From: an uncultured Chloroflexia bacterium
GTDB taxonomy: Bacteria > Chloroflexota > Limnocylindria > Limnocylindrales > CSP1-4
Assembly (NCBI GenBank): GCA_963768655.1
Contig: CAVYIM010000007.1
Span: forward strand, 96,001 to 160,000
DNA length: 64,000 nucleotides
Direction: 5' to 3'
In this document: positions 10,304 to 20,468 of the stretch, in pieces
How positions within the stretch are numbered: the first letter of the stretch is position 1
Layout: each line of letters begins with the position of its first letter
Program-made: the position numbers and the translations under genes
The notes under the pieces: generated by a model
Database searches by the model: none
Seen by the model: the letters and a program-made list of their open reading frames with translations, nothing else
Told to the model about the DNA's origin: nothing

Positions 10304-13012
10304 TCAGTCGGAGGTGACCTGGACCATGGCCCGGTCGACGGCTTCGAGCAGAGCGTCGGACGTGAACGGTTTGACGAGCAACTCGACGTTCGGTTCGAGG
10401 ACCCGGTCGTGGACGATGACCTTGTCCGCGTGGCCCGACATGTACAACACCCGCATTCCGGGTTGGGCGGCGACGAGGTTTCGGGCCACCTCGCGGCCGC
10501 TCATGCCGGGCATCACCACGTCCGTGAGAAGCAGCTGCACCGGCCCCTCGCTTGACTTCTCGATGGCCGTGGCGCCGTCGGGCGCGGTCAGGACCCGGTA
10601 GCCTGCCGTCTCCAGGACGCGGCTCGCGAATCGCCTGACGCCACTGTCGTCTTCGACCACAAGGATCGTGCCTGTCCTGGCGCCGGCGGCTGACGCGGCG
10701 CGCGATGGCTCGAGCCCGGGCTCGGCCTTCGCCGCGGCAAGTGGCAGTTGGACGGTGAATGTCGATCCGTGGCCCAGCTCGCTGTGAGCCGTGACCGTCC
10801 CGCCGGACCCGCGAACGATGCCGTAGACAGTGGCCAGGCCCAGACCGGTGCCCTTGTCGGGGCCCTTCGTTGTGAAGAATGGCTCGAAGAGGTGCCCAAT
10901 GGTCTCGGCATCCATGCCCATCCCGGTATCGGTCACGGACATGGTCACCATTGGGCCGGTCTCCTCAGCCCGAGCGGGTGCGGTCGCCCCGGCGTCCTCG
11001 CTGACGGCGATCTCGATCGTCAACGTGCCGCCGTCGGGCATTGCGTCGCTGGCATTCAATGCCAGGTTGAGGATCACCTGCTCGATCTGGCCCGGGTCCG
11101 CCATGACGCAGCATGCTCCGCTCGGGGCGACCGTGAGGAGCGTTACGTCCTCGCCGATGAGGCGCTCGAGCATCGGTTCCAGCCGCCCGACGATGGCACC
11201 CAGGTCCACGACCTTCGGCTGCAGGACGCTTCGTCGGGCGAATGTCAGGAGCTGGCGGGTCAGGCCGGCGGCGCGGTCGGACGCCTGCTCTATCTGCTCC
11301 AGGTCTTCGCGCGGCCCCTCGCCGGGCGGCAGATCTGCCAGGGCCAGGCTGGCGCTGCCGCGGATGGCAGTCAGGAGGTTGTTGAAGTCGTGGGCGATGC
11401 CGCCCGCGAGCTGACCGATGCCCTCCATCTTCTGGGCCTGGCGCAGCTGCTCCTCCAGGGCGATCCGTGCAGCCTCGGCGCGGCGCCGTTCCGTGATGTC
11501 GCGGGCGCTGCTGAGGATGGCTTTGCGGCCGCCCAAGTCGAGCACCGTGGCGCTCAACTCGACCGGCACGACCGTTCCGTCCTTCCGCACGTGGCCCGTT
11601 TCGAAGAAGGACGAACCCTGGCTCAGCAACGCTTCTGTGCGCTCGTGAACGCGAGCGGCGAACTCCGGCGCGTCGATCTCGGCCGGGGACATCGTCAGGA
11701 GCTCATCGCGGCTGTAGCCGAGCCGTTCACAGGCCGTGCGATTGACGTCGATGAACTTGCCGTCGATGTCGTGGAGGAAGACTGCGTCACTGGCGAAGTC
11801 GAACAGTTTGCGGAAGCGCTCTTCCGACTGTCTCAATGCCTGCTCCGCCGCGTGCCTTTCGGTGATGTCCTGGTCGGCCGTGACGGTTCCGGTGATCTCG
11901 CCGCTGCTCGAGCGGAGAGGAGCCTTGGTCACGATATGACGCCGCACCGTCCCGTCTGCAAGGTATCTGTCCGCCTCGTAGACCTCGGGCCTGCCGCCTT
12001 CCATTGCGCGGCGGTCGTGTTCGGCGTGGATGGCGGCTTCGGGCTGCCCCAGCTCGCGGTTGGTCTTGCCGATGACCTCCTCGCGCGGACGTCCGTAGTT
12101 GCCGACAGCGTAGGCGGTGTTGCAGAGCGTTACGCGACCGTCCCTGTCCTTGGCGACGATCGGACTTGGTATCGCCTCGAGCAGCTCCTGGACGAAGCGA
12201 GCTTGCTCGCGGAGGAACTCCTCGCCCTCGTGCTTGGGCGTGATGTCGCGGATCGATGCGACAACCCCGACGATCTGCCCGCCGGCGTCGCGGTGCGGCC
12301 GGTACAAGCCCCGGGCCCAGCCCCTGCGACCGCCACGCGAGCTTATCAGCTCGAACTCGCGCCATTGCGACTCGCCCGTCTCCATGACCCGGGTGAGGAT
12401 CCCCTCGAGGCCGGCCGCGACGGCTTCCGGATACACCTCACTCGGCCGCCGGCCGAGGACCTGGGCGGCCGTCAGGCCCAGCGCCTCCTCCATTGCCGGG
12501 TTCCAGACGGTGACGCGCAGATCACGGCCGTATACGACCAGCCCGTCGCCGGAGCTGGCGATGATCGTCTCCACGAAGGCACTCCGCTCGCGCAGCGCGG
12601 CTTCGGCGCGGCGGGCCTCAGTGACGTCCTCGATCAGTGCCGTCAGCCAGTTTGGGTCGACGCGCGAGAGGCGGATCAGGACGGATCGGTCGGACGCCGG
12701 GTCGTGTCCTTCGAACTCAACGGGCTGCCCGCTGACGGCGACCTCGCCCAGGCGATCGATCAGTTCCTGCCGAAGCCCGAGGCGGACCTCTGAGGCGCGC
12801 CTGCCGATCACCTAATCGGCCTTCTGGCCGATTAGGCTCTCGAATGCCGGATTGACATCGACAATGCGATAGTCGGCCGGCCTGCCGGCCTCATCGAAGA
12901 CGATCTCCCCAATGGCTGCCGCATTCGGCATCTGCTCGAAGAGCAGCCGGTGGAAGTTGGCCGACGCAGGCCCGGTGCCGTGGTGGACCTGACCGCCATC
13001 CCCGTCCCTCAC
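10304..13012 (-). CDS. Multi-PAS hybrid sensor histidine kinase/receiver, interrupted by an in-frame TAG at 12812-12814 (start uncertain)
   Basis: PAS/PAC repeats, H-box GQLAGGIAHDFNNLL, HATPase (NASDAM, DTGMG, FEPFFTTK, GTGLGL), REC (VEDD, TDVVMP, KPF). Upstream in-frame segment LLFEQMPN...IVDVNPAFESLIGQKAD*VIGRRASEV is one continuous PAS domain. Confidence 0.88.
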
Positions 13013-13381
13013 GGGTGCAACCCGTCCGACCCACTGTCCCAGGGGGTTGTCGAAAAGTGCCGGTCCGTACTTCGCACCTTGCCGTCGATACCCCGGAAGC
13101 GGAAGGCGGAGTGGGGCATCGACCCGGCGCGGCCGGAGTCCGTCGCGCTTAACCGCCCTCCGGCTCGATGGGTGCCAGGGTCCTCGCCCCCTGATGCGGG
13201 ACGCGGCCACTCCCAACCCCACAGCGCTGCCCAGAGTTGTCCACGGCAGTCCATGACGCTCATCTTCGCACCGGAGGTTGGGCGAGTCCATGCGACGTTC
13301 AGGTGAGTGAGACAGGCCTCATACCTACCCACACGATTGGGGCAGTGACAGCGACGGCCAAACAGCTGCTAGCCTTCTCTC

Positions 13382-14377
13382 ATGAATCGCCGACGTGTCG
13401 TTGGCATCGGCTTGGGCGGGCTCGCCGGCGCCGGCTACGCAACCGGACCGTTCCTGTTCAAGGCCACCGTTCATCCTGCCGGCGTAGATTGGATCGCCAT
13501 GCTGATGTGGCGGTTCGCACTGGCCGCGCTGGTGAGCTGGGCGTGGCTGCTGTCCCAGCCGCGAGCGCGGGCGGCCCTTCGGGAGCTCGACGGCCGCACC
13601 ATCGCCCGGCTGTTGTTGACGGGCGCAGTCTTCGTCGTCGATGCGAGCCTTTACTTCGCGGCCGTCGAGCGAATCGACATCTCGCTGGTGGCCCTCATCG
13701 CGAGTGCCTACCCGGCTCTCGTGGCGGTCGTGTCTCTTCGCCTCGGCTACAGGTTCTCGGGCACGCGGGCCTGGGGATCGCTTGCCCTGGTCATATCCGG
13801 GACGATCCTGACCATCGGCGCGATCAATGCCAACACCAACCAGGTCGGGATCATCCTCGCTCTCCTGGCTCCGGTCGCCTACACGGCCTACATCGTGCTG
13901 GCGGCCCGGATGGCCGGCGAGCGGCCGGGCCAGACGGCGGACATGCGGTCTCGGGGTAGGGGAGCCGAAGTCCCACCACCGGTTGCCGGGGCGATCATGA
14001 CGACCGGCTCCTGGATCGCCACGCTGGCGCTCGGCCTCCTAGCTCGTGAGCCGCTGCTGCCAACCCAGATCCCCCGGGCCGCGTGGCCGGGCCTGATCGG
14101 TATAGGTGTCTTTTCCGCCGCGGTCGCCATCCAGGCGTTCTACGCGTCCGCCGCCCGGATCGGGGCCGCCCGCGCCTCGCTGATGACCACAGTCCAGCCC
14201 GTTGTGGTGATACTTCTCGGGGTCTTCTTCCTGAGTGAGGCATTCACCGCGGTGCGAGCGGCGGGGGCGGCCATCGTGCTGGCGGGCGTCGTGCTGGCCC
14301 AGTTCGCCAGGGCCCCAGAGCCTGGGCCGGCCGCGCTAGAGCGAGGCGGTGAAGGGGTAGGGCACGTCTCGGGTTAG
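13382..14377 (+). CDS. EamA/DMT family transporter
   Basis: About 10 TM helices in two repeats; WRFALA, YPALVA, IGAARAS, QPVV...LSE motifs. Confidence 0.9.
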   Translation: MNRRRVVGIGLGGLAGAGYATGPFLFKATVHPAGVDWIAMLMWRFALAALVSWAWLLSQPRARAALRELDGRTIARLLLTGAVFVVDASLYFAAVERIDISLVALIASAYPALVAVVSLRLGYRFSGTRAWGSLALVISGTILTIGAINANTNQVGIILALLAPVAYTAYIVLAARMAGERPGQTADMRSRGRGAEVPPPVAGAIMTTGSWIATLALGLLAREPLLPTQIPRAAWPGLIGIGVFSAAVAIQAFYASAARIGAARASLMTTVQPVVVILLGVFFLSEAFTAVRAAGAAIVLAGVVLAQFARAPEPGPAALERGGEGVGHVSG

Positions 14378-14452
14378 CTGGGAGATCGAGCCGATCGGGG
14401 ACTCGTGCCACCTGACTTTGACCCACGGCCCGGGGAGCGGCGCGGGACTCCG

Positions 14453-15940
14453 CTATGCGCAGGGAGCGGGCGTGATCCCTTCCATGCCGTAGTAGCGGCT
14501 GTCGGCACCGAAGAGGTAGACGGACAGCCCGGCGACCATGGATAGCTTCAGCCGACTGGTCCAGGTGCCCTTCGTCAACGAGGACGCGGGATGGTAGTTG
14601 TAGGGCGGGCCCAGGACGCACTGCGAGATGGTGGTGGCCGCGACGTGCTGGGCCAGCGAGACGTAGTTGCGGGCCGTCTTGAGCGGGAAGTTGGTCTGGA
14701 CCGTCTTGCCGGCAACGGCCAGGACGCTCGTGATGTAGCCGATGCCGGCGGCGCTGGTCAGCTTCTTGGCCAGGGCGATCAGTACGTCCTGCTGGCGGCG
14801 AGAACGCGTGTAGTCGTTGTCGCCGGAACCTTCGCGAGAACGCACGTACTTGAGCGTGGTGGCCCCGTCCATGCACTGGTAGCCCGCCGGAATAAACGTG
14901 CCGGTCGAGGGATCGTTGATGGCCCGCGGATTAGTGACGCAAACGCCGTTGGCGGCGTCCACTAGCTTGCCGAAGCCCGCGATGTCGACGATCACGTAGT
15001 AGTCGACCTTCAAACCCACGAGCCAGCCCACTTCTTTGGCGAGGGCGGTGGCGGGGGGATCGGGTGCGTGGATCGCGCCTTGGGCGACGAGGTTGGCGAA
15101 GTCGTTGATCTTGGTGTTGACGCCGGCGCTGCCGCCCCAGTAGAAGTCGAAGTTGGACGTGTCGCGGGGGATGCTGAGGATGGCGGCCTTGTACGTTTGG
15201 GTATCGACGCTCGCGATGAGGATCGAGTCGTTCATAGCATGGTGTCGTCCGGCCAGGAAATCGAGGCCGGTGAGCAGGACCGTGATCCGGTGAGAGGGGG
15301 CCGCGGTAGGGCTGGGGCTCGGCGTGGGTTCGGGCGAGCCGGTCGAGGCGGGAGTCCAGGCCGCCGCAGGCGAGGGACTGGCGGTGGCCGGGGCAGTTGC
15401 CAGGCCGGTCGGGGCCGGGGTCGGCTCGTCGGGTATCAGCTGGTTGGAGGCGACCTCGTTGTCGAAGTTGTACGCCCCCACCGCCAGGTCGGCCGCGAAG
15501 CCGTGGACCCCCACGACCGCGACGAGTAGGATGGCGACCACCACGACGTCAACTGTGCTCGGTCGGCGCCCGGAGCCTGCGACGGCGTAGGCGTGGATGA
15601 TCGACGCCATGCGCCACAGGCCCATGAGACCGACGCCGGCGGCGAAACTCAGGGCGAAGGAATCGTCGAGGAAGCTGGCCCCGAAGTAGTCCAGGCCGTT
15701 GGCGAGCAGCAGGACCAGCCACGCGGCGGCAAGCACGACCGGGACCGCGAAGATCGCGGCGGAGATTGGCCGGCGACTGTAGAGCTGCCCGAGCCCCGGC
15801 CAAACGCACGACAGCACAGCCGCGAGCAGCCGTGATCGTCCCGCAGCCCGGCTGGCCGGAGCGCCCTCGGGCAGGCGTTCTGGCCTCGAGGCCGGGTCAG
15901 TTTGAGCCGACTCAGGCGCTGGCTTTCCGGGGTCGCTCAT
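14453..15940 (-). CDS. LCP (LytR-CpsA-Psr) family protein with N-terminal TM helices
   Basis: LLTGLD, NDSI, LSIPRD, KIND, YVRSR, DNDYTRSRRQQ motifs; N-terminal WPGLGQLY membrane segment. Confidence 0.92.
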   Translation of the reverse strand: MSDPGKPAPESAQTDPASRPERLPEGAPASRAAGRSRLLAAVLSCVWPGLGQLYSRRPISAAIFAVPVVLAAAWLVLLLANGLDYFGASFLDDSFALSFAAGVGLMGLWRMASIIHAYAVAGSGRRPSTVDVVVVAILLVAVVGVHGFAADLAVGAYNFDNEVASNQLIPDEPTPAPTGLATAPATASPSPAAAWTPASTGSPEPTPSPSPTAAPSHRITVLLTGLDFLAGRHHAMNDSILIASVDTQTYKAAILSIPRDTSNFDFYWGGSAGVNTKINDFANLVAQGAIHAPDPPATALAKEVGWLVGLKVDYYVIVDIAGFGKLVDAANGVCVTNPRAINDPSTGTFIPAGYQCMDGATTLKYVRSREGSGDNDYTRSRRQQDVLIALAKKLTSAAGIGYITSVLAVAGKTVQTNFPLKTARNYVSLAQHVAATTISQCVLGPPYNYHPASSLTKGTWTSRLKLSMVAGLSVYLFGADSRYYGMEGITPAPCA

Positions 15941-16120
15941 CCGCCTTGAAACCTCTGTCCGGCGACCGCCACGTTGTTGTCGACTGAGATCCTACGCCGC
16001 CGCTACGGGATCCTCGTGAACCCTAGAGCGGCGCGGCCCGGTGGGACGTCAAACGGTCGGACGGTGTGACTCGATAGCGCCTCCTGTCGGACCCCGGTCG
16101 AATTGTCGCCTGCCTGGGTG

Positions 16121-17310
16121 GGTGGTAACCTGCCGGCCTGGGTTGCCAACCCGACGCCCCCGCGCGAACCCCCTGTCACGGGAGACTGACACATGCGACA
16201 ACTCGCTGCGGCAGTTCTCGAGGTCCCGCTTGCGGCCTTGGGCTATCTGTCCCGCTACGTCAGCCGCCGCTCCCTCTTCACCCAGCTGGCGATCGCCGGC
16301 GTAGCCGTCGCCCTCGTGGTGAGCGGTCTCCTGGTCGGCCTGCCGACCAGGACCACCGAGGCCAAGGAGCCCACGCCCTACGACCCGGCCTCGCCCACCG
16401 TGTCTCTCGCCAGCGTGGCCGAGGTAGGTGTCGAAGCGCCCTACGTCCTGGCGTTCACCGAGCCGATGAACCAGGGCAGCGTCGCCGACTCGCTGACCAT
16501 CACGCCGGCCGCCCCGGTGCGCCTGGCCTGGGATGCCGCGGGCGAGACGCTCTCGATCGCCCCGGCCACCTACTGGGCGCCCTTCACGAGCTACGTCATC
16601 AGCGTCGCGGGCTCGGCCATGGATGAGTCGGGCATGCAGCTGGGCTCGCCCGTGACCGCCGGGTTCACCACCGGCGCCCTGACCTCGGGCCAGATCACCG
16701 CGACCGCCGTGAGCGGTGCCAACGTAGCGCCCACTTCGAACTTCCAGATCACCTTCTCCAGTCCGGTCAAGCTCGCCACCGTCCAGGCTCGCCTCTCCAT
16801 CAGCCCGGTCGTGACCGGCACGATCAGCGGCGACGATCCCACCGACGTCAGCTCCCAGGTCTTCACCTTCACGCCCGACGACATCCTGGCGGGCGGCACC
16901 ACCTATACCGTCAGCTTCGATAGCTCCAACGCCACCGACTCCGCCGGCGTGGCCCTCCTGCCGGTGGATCCGCTCACGGTCCAGACCCTGGCCGCACCGG
17001 AAGTCATCAAGTTCCGGCCGGTGAACGGCAGCTCGACGGCCGATCCCAACCAGGTCCTCTCCGTGCGCTTCTCCGTGCCGATGAACCGGGCCTCGACCGC
17101 CGCCGCCTTCTCGGTCCTGGACAACGGCAAGCGAGTTCGCGGGGCCATCAGCTGGGCCGAGAACAACACCGTCCTCGTCCTCGATCCGAACGTCAAGCTG
17201 ACGCTCAATTCGACCGTCACCATGCACGTCGCCACGACGGCTCGCTCGGCTACCGGACAGCGACTGGCCGCGGCGGCCAGCGCCAGCTTCAAGGTCGTGC
17301 GGCCGACGGT
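16121..17310 (+). repeat. Direct repeat copy 1 (1,190 bp; putative promoter, SD and about 372 N-terminal codons)
   Basis: Starts GGTGGTAACCTGCC at 16121, ends ...GGCCGACGGT at 17310; matches 18049-19238 (offset 1,928). Translations in three frames are identical over this span. Confidence 0.92.
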
Positions 17311-17833
17311 CCACAAGATCACCCCGGTCAAGGTCAAGAGCCCGCCTGCCCTGACGACCGCACCCTGGCATGCCGCCGAACTCTACATGCTGGCCCTGAT
17401 GAACTGCACTCGGACCGGCGGCTGGGTCACCGCCAGCGGCTCCTGCAGCTCCGTCTCGCACAATGTCCTCCCGGCCCAGGATCCGCTCGGGTTCGACGAA
17501 GGCATCGCCAGCAGGGTGTCGCGGCCGTACGCGAGGTACCTGGCCGACCGGAACGCGCTTTCCCACTATCTGCTTGGTAGCCCCCACTCGCGACTGGCCG
17601 CTGCAGGTTATGGCAGCGGCACCTGGGGCGAGAACATCGCCTCGCCCTCGAATCCAAGACAGTCGGGCATGATCGCTGTCGAGCTCTTCTTCCAGAACGA
17701 GTACCGCTGTCAGCACAGCCGGTGTGAATTCACCCACTACGCCAACGTCATGAATGGGAGCTTCAACAGGGTCGGCATCGGCGTCTGGGTGACCAAGGGA
17801 CACACCCGCGTCGTGATCGACTTCTACGGCTGA
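16193..17833 (+). CDS. Secreted protein: signal/TM + three bacterial Ig-like (Big_5-like) domains + C-terminal CAP/SCP domain (paralog 1)
   Basis: SRRSLF twin-arginine-like signal; Ig repeats with F(T/S)xP(M/V) motifs; CAP motifs SH...SRL...GY...WGENIA...HYANVM..SFNRVGIG. Confidence 0.85.
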   Translation: MRQLAAAVLEVPLAALGYLSRYVSRRSLFTQLAIAGVAVALVVSGLLVGLPTRTTEAKEPTPYDPASPTVSLASVAEVGVEAPYVLAFTEPMNQGSVADSLTITPAAPVRLAWDAAGETLSIAPATYWAPFTSYVISVAGSAMDESGMQLGSPVTAGFTTGALTSGQITATAVSGANVAPTSNFQITFSSPVKLATVQARLSISPVVTGTISGDDPTDVSSQVFTFTPDDILAGGTTYTVSFDSSNATDSAGVALLPVDPLTVQTLAAPEVIKFRPVNGSSTADPNQVLSVRFSVPMNRASTAAAFSVLDNGKRVRGAISWAENNTVLVLDPNVKLTLNSTVTMHVATTARSATGQRLAAAASASFKVVRPTVHKITPVKVKSPPALTTAPWHAAELYMLALMNCTRTGGWVTASGSCSSVSHNVLPAQDPLGFDEGIASRVSRPYARYLADRNALSHYLLGSPHSRLAAAGYGSGTWGENIASPSNPRQSGMIAVELFFQNEYRCQHSRCEFTHYANVMNGSFNRVGIGVWVTKGHTRVVIDFYG

Positions 17834-18048
17834 TCGGCAGCGGCCGGTCCGGCGGTGCCTTCTGGTCGCGCTGCGGCGCCCTGCCAGGGGCAGCGAGACG
17901 TCCGCGCGGGCAGAGACTACGCCGCCACCGGACGCGTCGCGATACCGCAGCCTGCCCGGGACAGCGAGGCCGACCGGGTCCGGCGCCACCCCGCCCCCAC
18001 GTGGCCAGGATCTTGCCGAACCCGCCGATTTGCCGACTTTTCGGACAT

Positions 18049-19238
18049 GGTGGTAACCTGCCGGCCTGGGTTGCCAACCCGACGCCCCCGCGCGAACCCC
18101 CTGTCACGGGAGACTGACACATGCGACAACTCGCTGCGGCAGTTCTCGAGGTCCCGCTTGCGGCCTTGGGCTATCTGTCCCGCTACGTCAGCCGCCGCTC
18201 CCTCTTCACCCAGCTGGCGATCGCCGGCGTAGCCGTCGCCCTCGTGGTGAGCGGTCTCCTGGTCGGCCTGCCGACCAGGACCACCGAGGCCAAGGAGCCC
18301 ACGCCCTACGACCCGGCCTCGCCCACCGTGTCTCTCGCCAGCGTGGCCGAGGTAGGTGTCGAAGCGCCCTACGTCCTGGCGTTCACCGAGCCGATGAACC
18401 AGGGCAGCGTCGCCGACTCGCTGACCATCACGCCGGCCGCCCCGGTGCGCCTGGCCTGGGATGCCGCGGGCGAGACGCTCTCGATCGCCCCGGCCACCTA
18501 CTGGGCGCCCTTCACGAGCTACGTCATCAGCGTCGCGGGCTCGGCCATGGATGAGTCGGGCATGCAGCTGGGCTCGCCCGTGACCGCCGGGTTCACCACC
18601 GGCGCCCTGACCTCGGGCCAGATCACCGCGACCGCCGTGAGCGGTGCCAACGTAGCGCCCACTTCGAACTTCCAGATCACCTTCTCCAGTCCGGTCAAGC
18701 TCGCCACCGTCCAGGCTCGCCTCTCCATCAGCCCGGTCGTGACCGGCACGATCAGCGGCGACGATCCCACCGACGTCAGCTCCCAGGTCTTCACCTTCAC
18801 GCCCGACGACATCCTGGCGGGCGGCACCACCTATACCGTCAGCTTCGATAGCTCCAACGCCACCGACTCCGCCGGCGTGGCCCTCCTGCCGGTGGATCCG
18901 CTCACGGTCCAGACCCTGGCCGCACCGGAAGTCATCAAGTTCCGGCCGGTGAACGGCAGCTCGACGGCCGATCCCAACCAGGTCCTCTCCGTGCGCTTCT
19001 CCGTGCCGATGAACCGGGCCTCGACCGCCGCCGCCTTCTCGGTCCTGGACAACGGCAAGCGAGTTCGCGGGGCCATCAGCTGGGCCGAGAACAACACCGT
19101 CCTCGTCCTCGATCCGAACGTCAAGCTGACGCTCAATTCGACCGTCACCATGCACGTCGCCACGACGGCTCGCTCGGCTACCGGACAGCGACTGGCCGCG
19201 GCGGCCAGCGCCAGCTTCAAGGTCGTGCGGCCGACGGT
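18049..19238 (+). repeat. Direct repeat copy 2 (1,190 bp)
   Basis: Same boundaries as copy 1; diverges at 19239 (GTC CAC vs GTT TAC). Confidence 0.92.
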
Positions 19239-19755
19239 TTACCGGATCAGCTGGTCGGGTGGAGTCGCCTCGAAGACCGCGCCATGGCATCCGATGGAGC
19301 TCTATTACCTGAAGCTGATGAACTGCACTCGGACGGGCGGCTGGGTCACCGCCAGCGGCTCCTGCAGCTCCGTCACGCACCACGTGATGCCGGCCCAGGA
19401 TCCGCTCTCGTACAACGCCGGAATCTCCAACGCGGTCTCGCGACCTTACTCGAAAGCCCTTGCGGACCGCGGCTTACTGACCCACTACCTCAACGGCACG
19501 ACGGTTCACTCGCGGCTGACCGCTGCGGGCTTCCCCAGCGGCTCGTGGGGCGAGAACCTGTCGTCGCCGATCTCATCCGGGGCCGCCGGGATGATTCACA
19601 CCGAGCTCTACTTCCAGAGTGAATACCGCTGCCAGCGCGGCCAGTGTGAGTTTGCGCACTACTACAACATCATGGACCCGTACTTCCACAGTGCCGGTAT
19701 CGGCATATGGGTCTCCCATGGTCACGTCAGGCTGACGATCGACTTCTACGGCTGA
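18121..19755 (+). CDS. Secreted Ig-like + CAP/SCP domain protein (paralog 2)
   Basis: N-terminal ~373 aa identical to paralog 1; divergent CAP domain (THY...SRL..AGF...WGENLS...HYYNIM.PYFHSAGIG); both end IDFYG. Confidence 0.85.
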   Translation: MRQLAAAVLEVPLAALGYLSRYVSRRSLFTQLAIAGVAVALVVSGLLVGLPTRTTEAKEPTPYDPASPTVSLASVAEVGVEAPYVLAFTEPMNQGSVADSLTITPAAPVRLAWDAAGETLSIAPATYWAPFTSYVISVAGSAMDESGMQLGSPVTAGFTTGALTSGQITATAVSGANVAPTSNFQITFSSPVKLATVQARLSISPVVTGTISGDDPTDVSSQVFTFTPDDILAGGTTYTVSFDSSNATDSAGVALLPVDPLTVQTLAAPEVIKFRPVNGSSTADPNQVLSVRFSVPMNRASTAAAFSVLDNGKRVRGAISWAENNTVLVLDPNVKLTLNSTVTMHVATTARSATGQRLAAAASASFKVVRPTVYRISWSGGVASKTAPWHPMELYYLKLMNCTRTGGWVTASGSCSSVTHHVMPAQDPLSYNAGISNAVSRPYSKALADRGLLTHYLNGTTVHSRLTAAGFPSGSWGENLSSPISSGAAGMIHTELYFQSEYRCQRGQCEFAHYYNIMDPYFHSAGIGIWVSHGHVRLTIDFYG

Positions 19756-19911
19756 CGGCCGTCCGGCCGGGGAGGGCCCCGTCCGGCGGCGGCGCCACCG
19801 CCGCGGTACCGGCGGCTGAGCAGGCGCAGTACGTCAGGTCCGTGGACGGCGGGGCTCGCAACGCCGATAACTCCCGTGAGTGCCGCTCGCCGGGCGGCCA
19901 GTGGGTGACGC

Positions 19912-20385
19912 ATGCTCCGCGACGTCGTGGTCCACCTTCATAACGAACAGCCGATTCTGGCCGACCTCGTGGCGGAGCCGACCGCGACCGATACGTGCCT
20001 GATATGCACGAACCTGCGAACCACCAACGGCCAGACGCCGGTATTCGTCGAGCGCGGCGACTCGACGTTCGTCTTTCCGCTGGCCCACATCAAATTCGTG
20101 GAGATCCGCGCGGCGTCGGCCGTGGAGGGCGAAGCCGCGGCACCGCCACAGGTCGCCGCCGAGCAGCCCAGAGCGGGCAGGGGCGGCAGGAGCGGCAAGA
20201 GTGGCAAGCCCGCTGTGCCCGGGGATGAGGCTGCCGACTATGCGGCGTCGCCGCTGCAGCGACTGGCGTGGGTCAGCGGCGATGCGGGCGCCCCTCCTGC
20301 GGAGCCGGCATCGGAGGTGACCGAGGGGTCTGAAATGGCCGAGGTGGACGAAGGAGAGCTCCTGCGGCGCGTCCGCGAGGTCTGA
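19912..20385 (+). CDS. Hypothetical protein (compact beta-rich N-terminus, disordered linker, C-terminal helix)
   Basis: Coding-like codon usage; fills the gap before topA. Confidence 0.7.
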   Translation: MLRDVVVHLHNEQPILADLVAEPTATDTCLICTNLRTTNGQTPVFVERGDSTFVFPLAHIKFVEIRAASAVEGEAAAPPQVAAEQPRAGRGGRSGKSGKPAVPGDEAADYAASPLQRLAWVSGDAGAPPAEPASEVTEGSEMAEVDEGELLRRVREV

Positions 20386-20468
20386 GGTTGCCTTCTCGAC
20401 TCTCGCGATTCGCGCCCGCACCGAGCAGCGGAACGGCCGGGTAATTGCCTGATGCTAGACTCCCGCCG

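Noticed and set aside
10748-12793. Long antisense or overlapping ORFs (also 16049-17989, 25196-27538, 35346-37400, 53720-56353, 61586-63391)
   Set aside because: Shadow ORFs expected in high-GC DNA opposite well-supported genes; no recognisable motifs.
12812-12814. Pyrrolysine or genome-wide TAG reassignment
   Set aside because: TAG terminates acpP, rpsP, rplS, frr and nusA at their expected ends; no pyl genes in the window.
16121-19755. Diversity-generating retroelement (TR/VR pair)
   Set aside because: No reverse transcriptase in the window, differences are not adenine-specific and include indels, and both copies are full genes.
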